In this document: piece after piece, positions 11,599 through 24,151 of the stretch | Layout: each line of letters begins with the position of its first letter | Numbering within the stretch: position 1 is the first letter of the stretch | NCBI RefSeq assembly: GCF_036971445.1 | Contig: NC_091473.1 | Coordinates: forward strand, 36,332,001 to 36,396,000 | Length of the DNA: 64,000 nt | Direction: 5' to 3' | DNA from: Narcine bancroftii | Lineage: Eukaryota | The notes under the pieces: generated by a model | What the model saw: only the letters and a program-made list of their open reading frames with translations | What the model was told of the DNA's origin: nothing | Databases searched by the model: none | Position numbers and translations under genes: made by a program

Positions 11599-13094
11599 AT
11601 AAGCTTTATGCTTGCTGTGACTGTCACGTAGACTTTGCATTCCAAAGCAGGAGCTTTCATCAGAACTTTCATGTGGCATTTATATTATTTCCATTGGCAA
11701 AGGGAGAGTTTGTTGCCCAACCTCAGTTGCTTCTGAAGAGCATGATGTGAATTTATTTCTTAAACTGCCGTGGTTCTTTTTGCTTGTTATTTTCACATTT
11801 CCCTTGGATGGAGAATCCAGGGTTTGGAGTCGGTGCAAATGAAAGAATGTGACAGAGTTCCTTGTTGTCATGACATCAAGGTGTTCTAGTAATGGCATGC
11901 TTTTATTTGCTTGCTGCCTTTGGTTCAGCACATTGCAAAGCACAATCCCTACAACCTAGAAACACAATCCTGATCTTTTGCACACTCACTAAATCTTCTA
12001 CCAGCCTTTGCTGCAGAGTTGTCACAGATAGTTTTTATGGTTATGTCATTGGAGGGGACAAAAGTGAATGGAATATTAATCAAGGTTGGTGGCTTTCTCA
12101 ACAGCTTCTCAATCATTTTTATTTGAGCTGGACTCAGGCGTACCATGGAGAATATTCCAATTTGCTCCTGACTTGTTTTTGTGAATGGCAGAGAGCCTTA
12201 AAAAATCAGCAGACAAGTTGATCACTCCCGGGTAACTAGCATTCTTAGTCATATACAATGGATGCAAGTCGGCTCATGATGATAAAGTCATTGAAAATTA
12301 TAGACTTTCATTGGAGATTTCACAACTCTGCACTTGTGTGGTGGGCATGAAACTTGAACTGATAAGGTGAACGTGAGAGAAGTTGGGATTAGACCTGAAC
12401 ACAGCACTTATGAACATCACTACTTCTGAATACAGAGGTCATTGTTAGAGCAGATGAAGATGGTTAAGCTTTTTAATACAGGACTGTAATGAATCTGGTG
12501 CCGAGCTATTACTCATTGGTCGTATCTCATCTCTCCTCCACTTGTGCTGTTTATAAAATGCAAACAACTTCCACGGATGCTCTGCTCTGGCCTTGTCCAT
12601 TGCCAGCTGGAAATCCAGCACAACAGATGCCACCAATCATCTTCTCGAGCCCTTAACATTGTGTTCATTAATCATAGCTGTCAGATTCCTCACTGTGATC
12701 GACTTGTTCTCCAGGAATGCCAAAGGTAAATTAGAATATGTCCTACAGACATTGGCAAATATCCATTCAGGTGCTCAATTGTCAAAATGTGTCATCAGTG
12801 TGTGTGAGCATGCTGCTGTATAGTCTCTTTATTGTAATACACCAGTACCAGATTTGAGTTGCCAGGGTGAAGTGAAGAATGTCGAAAGTGCAGAGAAACA
12901 CTTCAAAATCCAAGTCAATAATATCAATAAAGTCAATGATATTCTGGATACAGATTTACAAATTATAAGGTGAATGTATCTTGAAGGGATCAGAGTATCA
13001 ATTACCGTGCCAGTATTTATTATCTGCCTACAATTAGCCCCTGTATTGAGTTACTTTGGAGGTAATTTAAGAAAAGCCACATTGGATGTGGAGA

Positions 13095-13400
13095 CAAAGA
13101 ATCATGGAATCATTGTGCATAGAAAAGGGGGTCAAGGGGCCAACAGGTAAGTGCTGACTCTCAGGAGATGAATCTATTAAATTCTGTTTCCCCTGCTCTT
13201 CCCCTGTGACGTTGTAAATCTTCCTCTGAAGTGGCTTTCCAATTCCCCCTTAAAAAAACTTGAATAATTCTGCTGCCATCACATTCAGAGTTCTGTGAAT
13301 TCTGGATCATTTTTTCCCCTTCACTTTAAATCTGTCTCCAGGCGATGGGAAATTGTCTCTATCACATCCCCCCTCAACCTTGGCTCAATTTCTCTGATAG
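13095..13400 (-). mobile_element. Old CR1 3' fragment
   Basis: aatcatggaatcat tail repeats followed by ttccaattccccc..ctgccatcac pattern of CR1 3' ends. Confidence 0.45.
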
Positions 13401-13402
13401 TA

Positions 13403-13621
13403 NNNNNNNNNNNNNNNNNNNNNNNNNNNNNNNNNNNNNNNNNNNNNNNNNNNNNNNNNNNNNNNNNNNNNNNNNNNNNNNNNNNNNNNNNNNNNNNNNN
13501 NNNNNNNNNNNNNNNNNNNNNNNNNNNNNNNNNNNNNNNNNNNNNNNNNNNNNNNNNNNNNNNNNNNNNNNNNNNNNNNNNNNNNNNNNNNNNNNNNNNN
13601 NNNNNNNNNNNNNNNNNNNNN
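13403..13621. other. Assembly gap (219 N)
   Basis: Run of N in the sequence. Confidence 1.
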
Positions 13622-14654
13622 ACTTAGATGATATGAGCTGAGGTTCAGCTATTTAAGATGTGTCATTGTTAACAGTGCCCAGACGTAAGATTATGCACAA
13701 ACTTAAACTTGCGGCAAGCAATGAATTTCTTTGAGGAACCCCCACCTTCTGATGCCTCTTGGCCATGGTCTGTTTTTGACCAGACTTGGAAGCAAGCTGT
13801 CCACTGAACAATTTCCTGTTGAAGCTGCTCGTGCTGAAATGGATTTCCTAGTCTCTGGCTTCTGCTGTTGTCATCCAGATAAGTGGATGCCATGTTTACT
13901 GAATGGAGCAAGGCCCTCTTTAATCATTGTTATTCTCTGGCAAATAACAAAAGGCAGCATGTCTTTAAAAACATGAGATTAGTGATTCCTAATCAACACT
14001 TTTGTGTGTTTGAGCAGTTCCGTGAACTGGAGAATAAAATAATTAACATCACAGTTATAATTTGTCCTGCAACAAATTTTATTTTTGCTGCTATGATTAA
14101 TGCAGAAAGTCTGGCTCGAACATTGAACTCGAATGGTTTATTGTCTGTTCATTTCTCTGACATGTTCCTGAACTCCGTCATGTTCAGAGAGACAAAATGA
14201 GCAGTGTGCAAATGAAAAGGCATAGTTTGGTGATTTCTGTACCTTGGCTGCAATGGATCTTGCTTTTTCCATCCTTCAAGTACTTGTGCTTCTGAACTTT
14301 CGTGGAGACTCTCCCAAACAAGAATAATGAACTTGGGTTTCAAATACATTTCTTCGCATGGACAGGACACAATTTTTACAGAATGTAGAACATGTGAATG
14401 CTTTGCAAAGATCATGGATATGTACAGCATCTTCTATTCTGTTATCTCCCTAACGACAAATGATTCTGAAGTGTGGATATTTTTCTCCCATCCATTTGTG
14501 CATCATGGCCAACTTCTGAAATACAATGCCTACTATGTGATGGTAATACCCACACAATGCACATAAGATTCACAAGGCTGTTCCTGGGATTTGAATTGTA
14601 AGTAGCAGCTTAATGGGCTGGGAGTTTTTTCCCCGGAGGCTGAGGATTGTAATA

Positions 14655-16325
14655 TACTTTTTGAGTATATTAAGAGTAATGGAAAAGAGGCAAGAGATGT
14701 AGTTGCTGGAGAAATTGTAATGGGAGACGAGAGATGCCAGAGGAACTAAGTAAGTATTTTGTATCAGTCTTCACTGTGGAAGGCATTAGCCATCTACCAG
14801 ACTTTAGAGGGTGATAGGGGAGAGAGGTGATGGCCGTCATGATCACCAGAGAGACCTGAAAGGTCTAATGGTAGATAATTCTCCAGGACCAGATAGGATG
14901 CATTGTTTAGTTCTGAAAGAAGTTGCTATATCAATTGTGGAGACAATAGTAATGATATTCCAAGAATCAATAGTTTCCAGCATTTTTCTGGAGGGCTGGG
15001 AAATTACAAAGGTCACTCTGCTATTTAAAAAAGGGAGAGAGGCAGCAGAAAGGAAATTATAATCCTGTTAGCCTGACATCAGTGTTTGGGAAGATTTTGG
15101 GGTAGATTGTCAAAGATGAGTTGCAGAGAGCCTGAAGGTATATGACAAGATAGGCCAAAGTCAGCATGGTTTCCTGATGCCGAATATCTTGCCTGACAAA
15201 CTTATTGCAATTTTTTGAGGAAATCACAGGTAGGCTAAATAAAGGAGATGCAATGGATGTTGTATATTTGGATTTTCAATCTACCTTTGACAAGGTGCAG
15301 CACATGAGGCTGCTTAACAAGATGAGAACCCATGGAATTACAAGATAATAGCATGGGTAAAACATTGGCTGATCGGTGGGGTCAAAGGGATCCTATTCTG
15401 GTTGGCTACTGGTTACAAGTGGTGTTCCGCAGGGGTCCTTGTTGGTTCTTTCTGTGTCATATTTTGATTTTGATTTGGATTGTGGAATAAATAGCTTTGT
15501 GGTTAGGTTTGCAGATGATACAAAGATAGGTGGAGGGGCAGATTGTGAGGAGGAAATATTGAGGTTGTCGAGAGACTTGAATAGTTGAATAGAATGGACC
15601 AAGAAGTCCCAAATGAAATACAATGTTGGAAAGTTTATGGTCATGCACTTTAATAGGAATTGTTTGGTTGAGGATAAACTTCAAAATTTGGAGGTGCAAA
15701 GACACTTGGGAGTCCTTGGGAAGGATACTTCCAGGTTGAATCAATGGTGAAGAGGGCAAATGCAATATTGGCATTCATATAATACAAGAGCAAGGATGTG
15801 ATGTTGAGATTTTATAAGGCATTGGTGAGGCCTCAATTGGAGTATGGGTCAGTTTTAGGCTCTTTATTTAAGAAAGGATGTGCTGGAATTGGAGTGTTCA
15901 GAGAAGATTCACAAGTATGATTCCTGGAATGCTTGATGACTCTTGGACTGTAGTCCTTGGAGTTGAAAGAATGAGGGGGGACCTCAGAGAAGCATTTCAA
16001 ATGTTGAAAGGCCTGGACAGAATAGATGTAGCAAAGTTGCTCCCCTGGTAGGGGAGTTTTGGACCAGAGGGCACAACATGAGGATTTAAGGGTACCATTA
16101 AAACAGATGTGGAGGAATTTCTTTAGCCAGACAATGTTGAACCTCTGAAATTTGTTACTGTGGGCAGTTGTGGAAGTAGAGATTGATACTGAATAGTCAG
16201 GATGCCAAAGGTTACGAGGAGAAGGCAAGGAAGTGAGGATGAGTGGGAGAATGGATCAGCTCATTTTAGAATGGCAAAGTGATCTCAATGGGCTGAATGT
16301 CCTGCTTCTGTTCCTATCTTATGCT
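14655..16325 (+). mobile_element. CR1 LINE, 5'-truncated, decayed RT
   Basis: NSPGPDRMH, VTLLFKKG, SQHGF, VVYLDFQ, VTSGVPQGS, RFADDTKIGG; 3' UTR gggctgaatgtcctgcttctgttcctatcttatg. Confidence 0.92.
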
Positions 16326-16339
16326 TCTGTGGTCTTTTG

Positions 16340-16610
16340 GGTGACTTCAGGGGTTTATAAAATCATGAAGGGGACAGGTGAGGTCAATAATTTTTATATA
16401 TTTCCCTGCCTAAGGTTATCTAAAATTAGGTGGCATAGATTTGAGGTTGGTATTTGGGAATGAGCTTAGAGGATGTCATAGAGACTAGTTCAATTATAAC
16501 GTTTGATTGTCTTTTAGATAGGTAAATGGACGGGAAAGGTTGAAGGGGAGGATATGGACAAAATCAAACAGTTGTAAGCTTTGGCCAAAGGGTTTGTTTT
16601 CTATGTTGGA
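16340..16610 (+). mobile_element. Second CR1 3' fragment
   Basis: ggtttataaaatcatgaaggg..., tail ggccaaagggtttgttttctatgttg. Confidence 0.65.
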
Positions 16611-18948
16611 AAACACTGAGTGCCCTTTCAGGTTGAGAGTTTTAGAATATTGACCTACTGAAGTTTCATCATTCCTTTCCTATTGTTTCCCTCTTGGAAT
16701 TGCAACTGAAGAGAACTGACAGATCTCTTTGTGTGTTCACAAAGCACCATGCAATGTTTTTCAGAAATTTGGGCTCATTTATCTGCATGTGGTTGACAAT
16801 TTTAGTATTTTTTTTGCCTTTTTCAGTTGAGCTAGAATTAGTTTCTCATTTCACTTTGTATCAGTATGTTGCATTAAACAAATTTGAAAGAAAAATTCTT
16901 ACATGCTCTCAATTCTTCTTGAAAACTCTTATTTTCTGGAAAAGCAGTGAGCTTTCAAAACTTCCTTGCAAATTTGAAATTATCCTTAGAATTGCAAGAA
17001 ATTGCCTTTTGAATCTACACTGGAAATTCAAATGTCCTTTGGACTAGATATGCTTAAATAGACAGAATTGGAATAGAAGCCCCTTTTGAATTCGGCATAT
17101 CGGAATTATTTTTTTTACACACAATTACTGATCACCATCAAGGTCTTGGGGATGATGCAGTTGTTAACATACATAAGGCAATGGTGGTCTGCCACCCTTC
17201 CTGTTGTGCCTTTTTAAATAAAATTCATTTTGTAGCCTACTGTGTAGAACACCTCCAGCTATAATGGAGGCACCCAGTGGATGTTCTTTTCTGACATTCA
17301 TTTACACACATTTTTTGGGATAAAGCCAAACATCCATTTCATGACCAGAATCTCAAATACTCTTATAGGATCATCACTGTTTTGTTGACAGGAGTTTTGA
17401 AAGTGGCCTTGAAATCTGGGTTTTGTCCAATATTGTGGTTGGTGCAAGAAGATGCCATTTAAAACACACACTGTTGTTTAAAACCATATTAAGATGTTTT
17501 AGTAAAATTTCTTGTCTGTAATATATTTTTAAAAAAAAATAGTCTTCATGTCAAACATTTAGTGAGGGCATTCCAAGGTAGAGAAAAGGTCTTGTGTCTG
17601 AAATCTCCAGTTTGGAAATCACTGATCCTGTTAATAACTGAAAGAATGTCTTAAAATTTTATTTTACAAAATATGAACTGTTATTTACAAAAGATGGTTA
17701 TTATTCACACTGTGTCATAATTGATGCACAATATATCTTTACATTTTCTAAAACAAAATCCGCATGATATCAATATTTATTTGACATGTGTTCCATGAGC
17801 AAGACATTCAAGAGACTTTTCCACAGATTTATTGAAAGTAATCATGGTAGAGTTATTCTCTTAAGCTTTTTTATGTTGATTTGGTTTGTATTGGCAAAGT
17901 TAAATGCCTGTTGATTTACTTTTATAGAAAAATAATGATTATTTGTTCTTGAAGAGAATTTTAACTTGTATCATTGTTGCATGTTGTCGCTTGCTAAAAT
18001 TTAAAGCATAATATTTTGATTTGTCTTTCAGACTCAGAGCCACCAGTCAAGTTGAGCTGGTGTTAAAATATTCTGACCTCTCACTGTCACCATCATCTCT
18101 TTGTGATGTACTTACACAGGTTTCTGCACCGTATTATCAAAGTGTTAACAGCTAATGAAGTAACCTGTAGATTTAGAATTAATCTGGTCCTCCCAATGGG
18201 AGTGAATAATTTATCACTGAATATATTTACATGAGTTTGAGCATTTCCCAACCCCCACCATGAAAAAATGATGGAAAACTGCTGTCCATAAAACAGCATA
18301 TAGATATTTTTTATTCCATATGGTTAGAGTTTTTTGTTTGGATTTTAAATCTTTAACAAAAATCAAAGTATTTGATTGAAAATCTCTTGGAGAATTGCTG
18401 AACTTTGGAGAAATTGCCTTAATAGTTGTTTAAAACCATTGTGGTTGCAGAGAAATAGGTATGTACACTGCTGGATATCTTTGATCAGCAGGGTTTCCAA
18501 TGGAAATCTATGCTTGGGACCATCCTGACTGATGTGTGATCCAAGGGCAGGCAACAGTTGAACTTGAGTAGATTGCTGTCATCCAATGACTCCAGATAAT
18601 ATTTCCTTTCTCTTAGCAATTCCCTTCATTATTTGTGTCCTCTTCCATTTGGTATTCCTCAGAGCAGATGTGACACAAGGTTGATATGAGACTATTTATC
18701 TTTCTTCATGAAAAAGGCAGCAACTGGTGCATCACAATGCCTGTGCATTGTTAAAAATGAAGGAAAAAATGGAAAAGTATTTTTGTGATTCTTGTCAACA
18801 TTATATGTCGTAGACCTGAACATATTTTCCCAATTGCTGGATTGGTACAAGTAGCAGATATTGTAATTTCTTAACAAATTGACCAAAATTGATCATTGCT
18901 CTCATTACTGCAGTCAGAGGTTCCCACCTGCTTCAAAAAGACCTCCAT

Positions 18949-21900
18949 TGGAGGAGTCATGTGATGGAGTAGTGGCCGGTAGGAGAATACCAGCCCTCTC
19001 CAGAAAAGAAGGAAAAAAGTAAAGAAAAAGCAAAGCCCCAGACGCACAAATCACAACAAATAAAAAATAAAGGTGAGGAGAAATTGGCGCCGAAGAAAGA
19101 AAAGCCAAAAACAACGGGAAGAAAAGAAGAAAGGCAGACGCTGGAAGAGAAAGCTGAAGACCTTACCTGCACGAAAAAGCAGGGACCCACCATGGAAAGA
19201 GGAGCCCACTCCCCGAGATTAGTGGAGACCCCGCAGGGTTGCAACGCACTAACTGCAGGACTGCAAAAATGGCTCACTGAGCCAAACAGGGGTGCGCAAC
19301 TGCGCATGCATGAGGAATCGCGACAAGGGCAACACCGATTGGGGGGGGGGGGGGGGAGGGGACCAGCTGTGGAGTGAAACTCCACAGCACGAACAGCTGA
19401 GAGAGACCCGACAGCAGGGCTCCCAACTGGAAGATAAAGAAAACAAGGGTAACGGGAGGGGTGAGAATGAAAAAAGGAAACTAGAGACACAACAGATAAC
19501 CAACCCAGAAGAAGAGGACCCACATCAAGACACCATGGAAAAAAAATACACAACAAACTGAGACAAGCAGCTCAACAAGAAAGTCAGAAGAGACAAGGAA
19601 GAGAAATAGAAGACACAAACCCAAGAGAAGAACTCCTGCAAGACAGAAAGAAAGATGAAGAGATGTAACAAGAACAAAGAATGACGACAAACCACATATA
19701 AAGTAAAAATAATGTATAAGTAAGAACTAAAGTAAGGGAGAAGGAGGGAAAAAAGAGGAGGGGTTAAAAAAATTAATAATAAATAAATAAAACAAAGAAA
19801 ACGAGAAGAAACAAAGGGGAGCTTTGTTGTAATGTGAAGACAAAAGTCTTTTCTGGAGGGGGTTGGGTGGGAGAGAATAACAGTCACTGCAAAATTAGAT
19901 GACACTTGCAAATGGGTTCACAGTCCGAATGGAGAGGGGAGTTGTGGTTGCCCAGCAAGGGACAAGGGGCGACTCGGTGGGGGGGCACTTGGGGTTAAGG
20001 GAATTTTAGAGGTGGGAATGGTTGAAGTGTTATGTTTTAGAAGTGTTGTCATACAGTGTGTTCAAAAAAAGAAAACTGAGAAATTGAAATGGGGAAAAGG
20101 GGAAAGGTGGTGGTGAGGAAGCGGAAATGAGATGTAAACAAAGTATGAAATGGCCATGTTAAACTATGACTATAAATAGTAATGGAATACGTAACCAAAT
20201 CAAAAGGAAGAGGCTATTAAATTTACTGTAAAAAGAAAACATTGATATAGCATTCGTGCAGGAAACGCATCTAACTGAAGTGGAACATAAGAAATTAAGG
20301 AGAGACTGGGTAGGGCACGTAACGGCAGCATCATATAACTCAAAAGCCAGAGGTGTAGCTATATTAATCAATGAAAATGTACCAATCACAATAGAGGAGG
20401 AAATAATAGATCCAGCAGGGAGGTATGTAATGATAAAGTGTCAGATATATTTAGAATTTTGGAATTTGCTCAATATATATGCATCCAATGAAGAGGATCA
20501 AAAGTTTATGCAAGATATCTTTTTGAAGATACACAGGGGAATATATTGATAGGAGGGGACTTTAACCTTAATTTGGATTCAAAGATGGATAAAACTGGAC
20601 AAAAGACTAGCAGAAAGAACAAAGTTGCCAAATTTATGGTTAATTCAATGCAGGAAATGCAACTTTTGGATATATGGAGGAGACAACACCCAAAGGAGAA
20701 GGAATACTCATTTTATTCGAGTAGACATAAAACATACTCAAGGATTGACCTGTTCCTGTTGTCAGCCCATATCCAAGGGAGAGTTACGCAAATGGAATAT
20801 AAAGCTAGATTGTTATCGGATCACTCACCCCTGTTATTAGCAATAGAGCTGGAGGACATCCCACCAAGAACATATCGATGGAAATTAAACTCCATGCTAC
20901 TTAAAAGATAGGATTTTAGAGAATTAATTGAGCGCCAAATTAAAATGTACTTTGAAACAAATACGGATTCAGTGAAAGATAAATATATATTTTGGGATGC
21001 AATGAAAGCGTTCATCAGAGGGCAGATAATAAGTTATGTAACTAAGATGAAGAAGGACTACAATCGGGAAATAGAACAGCTGGAAAAATAAATAGTAAGT
21101 ACAGAAAAAGAACTAGCAACAAGGGAAGATACAACAGAAAGAAGAGAATTGGCGGACAAAAAAAATAAAATATGAAACACTACAAACGTATAAGGTGGAG
21201 AAGAACGTAATGAAGACAAAGCAGAAGTATTATGAGCTAGGAGAAAAAACACACAAAATACTAGCTTGGCAGCTTAAAACAGAACAAGCTAAAAGAACGG
21301 TAATGGCATCAAGGAAAAAGGACAAACAAATTATATATAACCCAACAGAGATCAATGAAAACTTCAAGGAATTCAATGAGCAATTATACCGAACTGAGAA
21401 CGAAGGGAAAGAAGACAAAATAGATGAGTTTCTAGCTAAAATTGAAGTACCGAAATTGCAAGAAGCAAAATAAATTGATAAAACAATTTGAAATAGAGGA
21501 AATACAGGATATATTAAAAAAGTTACTGAACAATAAAATGCCTGGAGAGGACTGACTCTCAATAGTATTCTATAAAACATTTAAAGACTTATTAATTCCT
21601 CTTCTCCTGGAAGTAATGAACCAGATTGAAGAAACACAAAAAATGCCAGATTCATGTAAAACAGCAATAATTACAGTAATATCAAAGACGGGGAAAGATC
21701 CAGTAACACCAGCATCGTATAGAAAAATATCTCTATTTATCACAGATTATAAGATGATAACAAAACTATTAGCAAACAGATTGGCTGACTGTGTACCAAA
21801 AATAGTAAAACTAGATCAAACTGAATTTATTAAGAAAAGACGAACAATGGACAAAATCTGTAAGTTCATTAACTTAATCCATGGAGTACAAGGAAATAAG

Positions 21901-24151
21901 ATGCCAACAGTGGCGGTAGCTTTAGATGCAGAGAAAGCCTTTGACAGGGTAGAATTATTTATTCAAAGTACTACAGAGGTTCAACCTACCAGAGAAATAT
22001 ATTAATTGGTTTAAAGCATTATATAAGAGACCATTGGCGAAAGTGACAGTAAATGGATATATATATAGAACCAATTTTAATTAAGCAGGTCAACTAGGCA
22101 GGGATGTCCACTATCTCCCTCACTGTTTGCTTTAGCTATCGAACCCTTGGCAGAACTGATAAGAACAGAAAATAAAATAAAGGGATAAAAATAAAAGAGA
22201 AGGAATATAAAATCATTCTATTTGCAGTTGACATCATAGTATACTTAACAGAACCAGAATTATCAGTTAAAGAATTACATAAGAAATTGAAGGAATGTGG
22301 AGAAATATCGGGGTACAAGATCAACACAAATAAAAGTGAAGCGATGCCAGTAAATAATGCAGATTTCACAAAGTTTAAGAAAGAATCACCATTCAAATGG
22401 CAAACACAAGCAATCTGATACCTAGGTATTAGACTAGATAATAATCTAGACCATCTATATAAATTATCAGCCATTAATGAAGAAATTACAAGATGACTTA
22501 GAACATTGGAAAGATTTTCCACTAACATTGATAGGAAGGGTAAGTTGCATTAAAATGAATATCTTCCCAAGGATACAATACCTATTTCAATTGTTATCAA
22601 TCCCCTTAACAGAGAAATTCTTCAATAAGCTAAAGAAAATAATAAGGAAATTCTTATGGAAAGGGGTGAAACTGAGGATAGCGCTTGATAAATTAACAGA
22701 ATGGTACAAACAAGGGGGCTTACAGCTACCAAACTTTAAGAATTATTATAGAACAGCACAATTAAGATATCTATCAGATTTTTATCAAACAAGGGAAAAA
22801 CCAGATTGAACCAGGTTAGAGCTAGATAAAATAGGGGAGAAGGTACCAGAACATATACTTCATAAATGGGATGAAAAACTGGTGCAACACAGTTCACCAG
22901 TACTGCACCATCTGCTCTACATTTGGAAGAAGATTCACATAGAAAGGAAAAAAAAAACAACAAATTAGCAACTACCAAAATTATTAGTGACGCAAAACCA
23001 ACTAATCCCTTTCACAATAGATACCTTTCCTTTAGAGAATGGGAGAGAAAAGGGATCAAAAGAATAGAAGATTGATTTTTGGGAAATAATTTATTATCTT
23101 TTGAACAAATGAAGTACAAATATGGTACAACTCATGGTTCAATGTTTCTATACCACCAACTGAAAACCTACTTGAAGAACAAATTGGGAAGCAGGCTGAG
23201 GTTACCATAAGGAAGCAGCTTTGAATATGTGATTACAGACACAATGATAATTAAAAGTTTATAACATGTACATCAAGCTGCAAGAGAAAGAGAACGATGA
23301 AATAAGCTGTAAACCCAAACAAAAGTGGGAACAAGATCTAAACATAACGATAACAAATTAAAAATGGGAAAAGCTATGCTCCGGAACTATGAGAAACACA
23401 ATAAACACGAGGTTACGCATTGGTTACACAGGCTATATATCATGCCCCAAGAGTTAAATAAATGGGACCCAACAGTATCAGATAGATGTTTTCACTGTAA
23501 GAAGGAAACCGGAACAACAGTACATGCAATTTGGACATGTGAGAAAGTGGAAAAGTTTTGGGAAGATCTAAATCTGGTATTAAATAAAATCACTAAAAGC
23601 AACATACCAAAAAATCCAGAGATCTTTCTTCAAAGTAATATAAGAAGTAAAGAATTAGGCTTCAAATTGGAAGATTCATTATGATAGCCTTAGCTGTAGC
23701 AAAAAAATGTATAATGTCAACCTGGAAATCAGAAGAAAGCCTGAGAAAACAGCAATGGTACATAGAAATGAATAAATGTATTCCATTGGAAAAAATAACA
23801 TAATTTTTAAAAAAGTCACATTATTTGAACAAATTTGGGAACCGTACATGGAACACAACAGAGAGGGCCTACCGCGGACCTCCACCCCCTAAAATGATAG
23901 AATGAGAAGACGAAATGAACTGAACCGGTGTGTAAAAGTAGATGTCACAATTTTCTTGTTTATCTTCATTGTGTGATGACATTGTTTAATGGTTTTATTG
24001 TATTGTATATGTTGAATGTTTAGTGGGTAGGGAGGGGAGGGAGGGAGGGGGGGAGGGGAGAAAATCACACTATGTAAATTCAAGAGGGAAATGTTGTGTG
24101 TATATTGGTTAATATGGTTCATAGTGTGAAAAATTAAAAAAATTTAAAAAG
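18949..24151 (+). mobile_element. Full-span L1/Tx1-clade LINE with 12-bp TSD; ORF1 core missing
   Basis: TSD AAAGACCTCCAT at 18937-18948 and 24152-24163; A-rich tail; G-rich 3' UTR tract at 24025-24060; complete-span ORF2. Confidence 0.95.
20150..23892 (+). pseudogene. L1 ORF2 (endonuclease, RT, C-terminal Cys domain), disrupted
   Basis: [78 protein letters not shown]. Confidence 0.95.

Noticed and set aside
13295-13641. ORFs spanning the N run
   Set aside because: Artefact of the assembly gap
18032-18155. Possible exon after ttgtctttcAG (LRATSQVELVLKYSD...)
   Set aside because: No convincing donor, unrecognised peptide, and such acceptors occur by chance
18957-19911. 199-aa and 128-aa hydrophobic minus-strand ORFs
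   Set aside because: Antisense of the A/G-rich L1 5' region; compositional artefact
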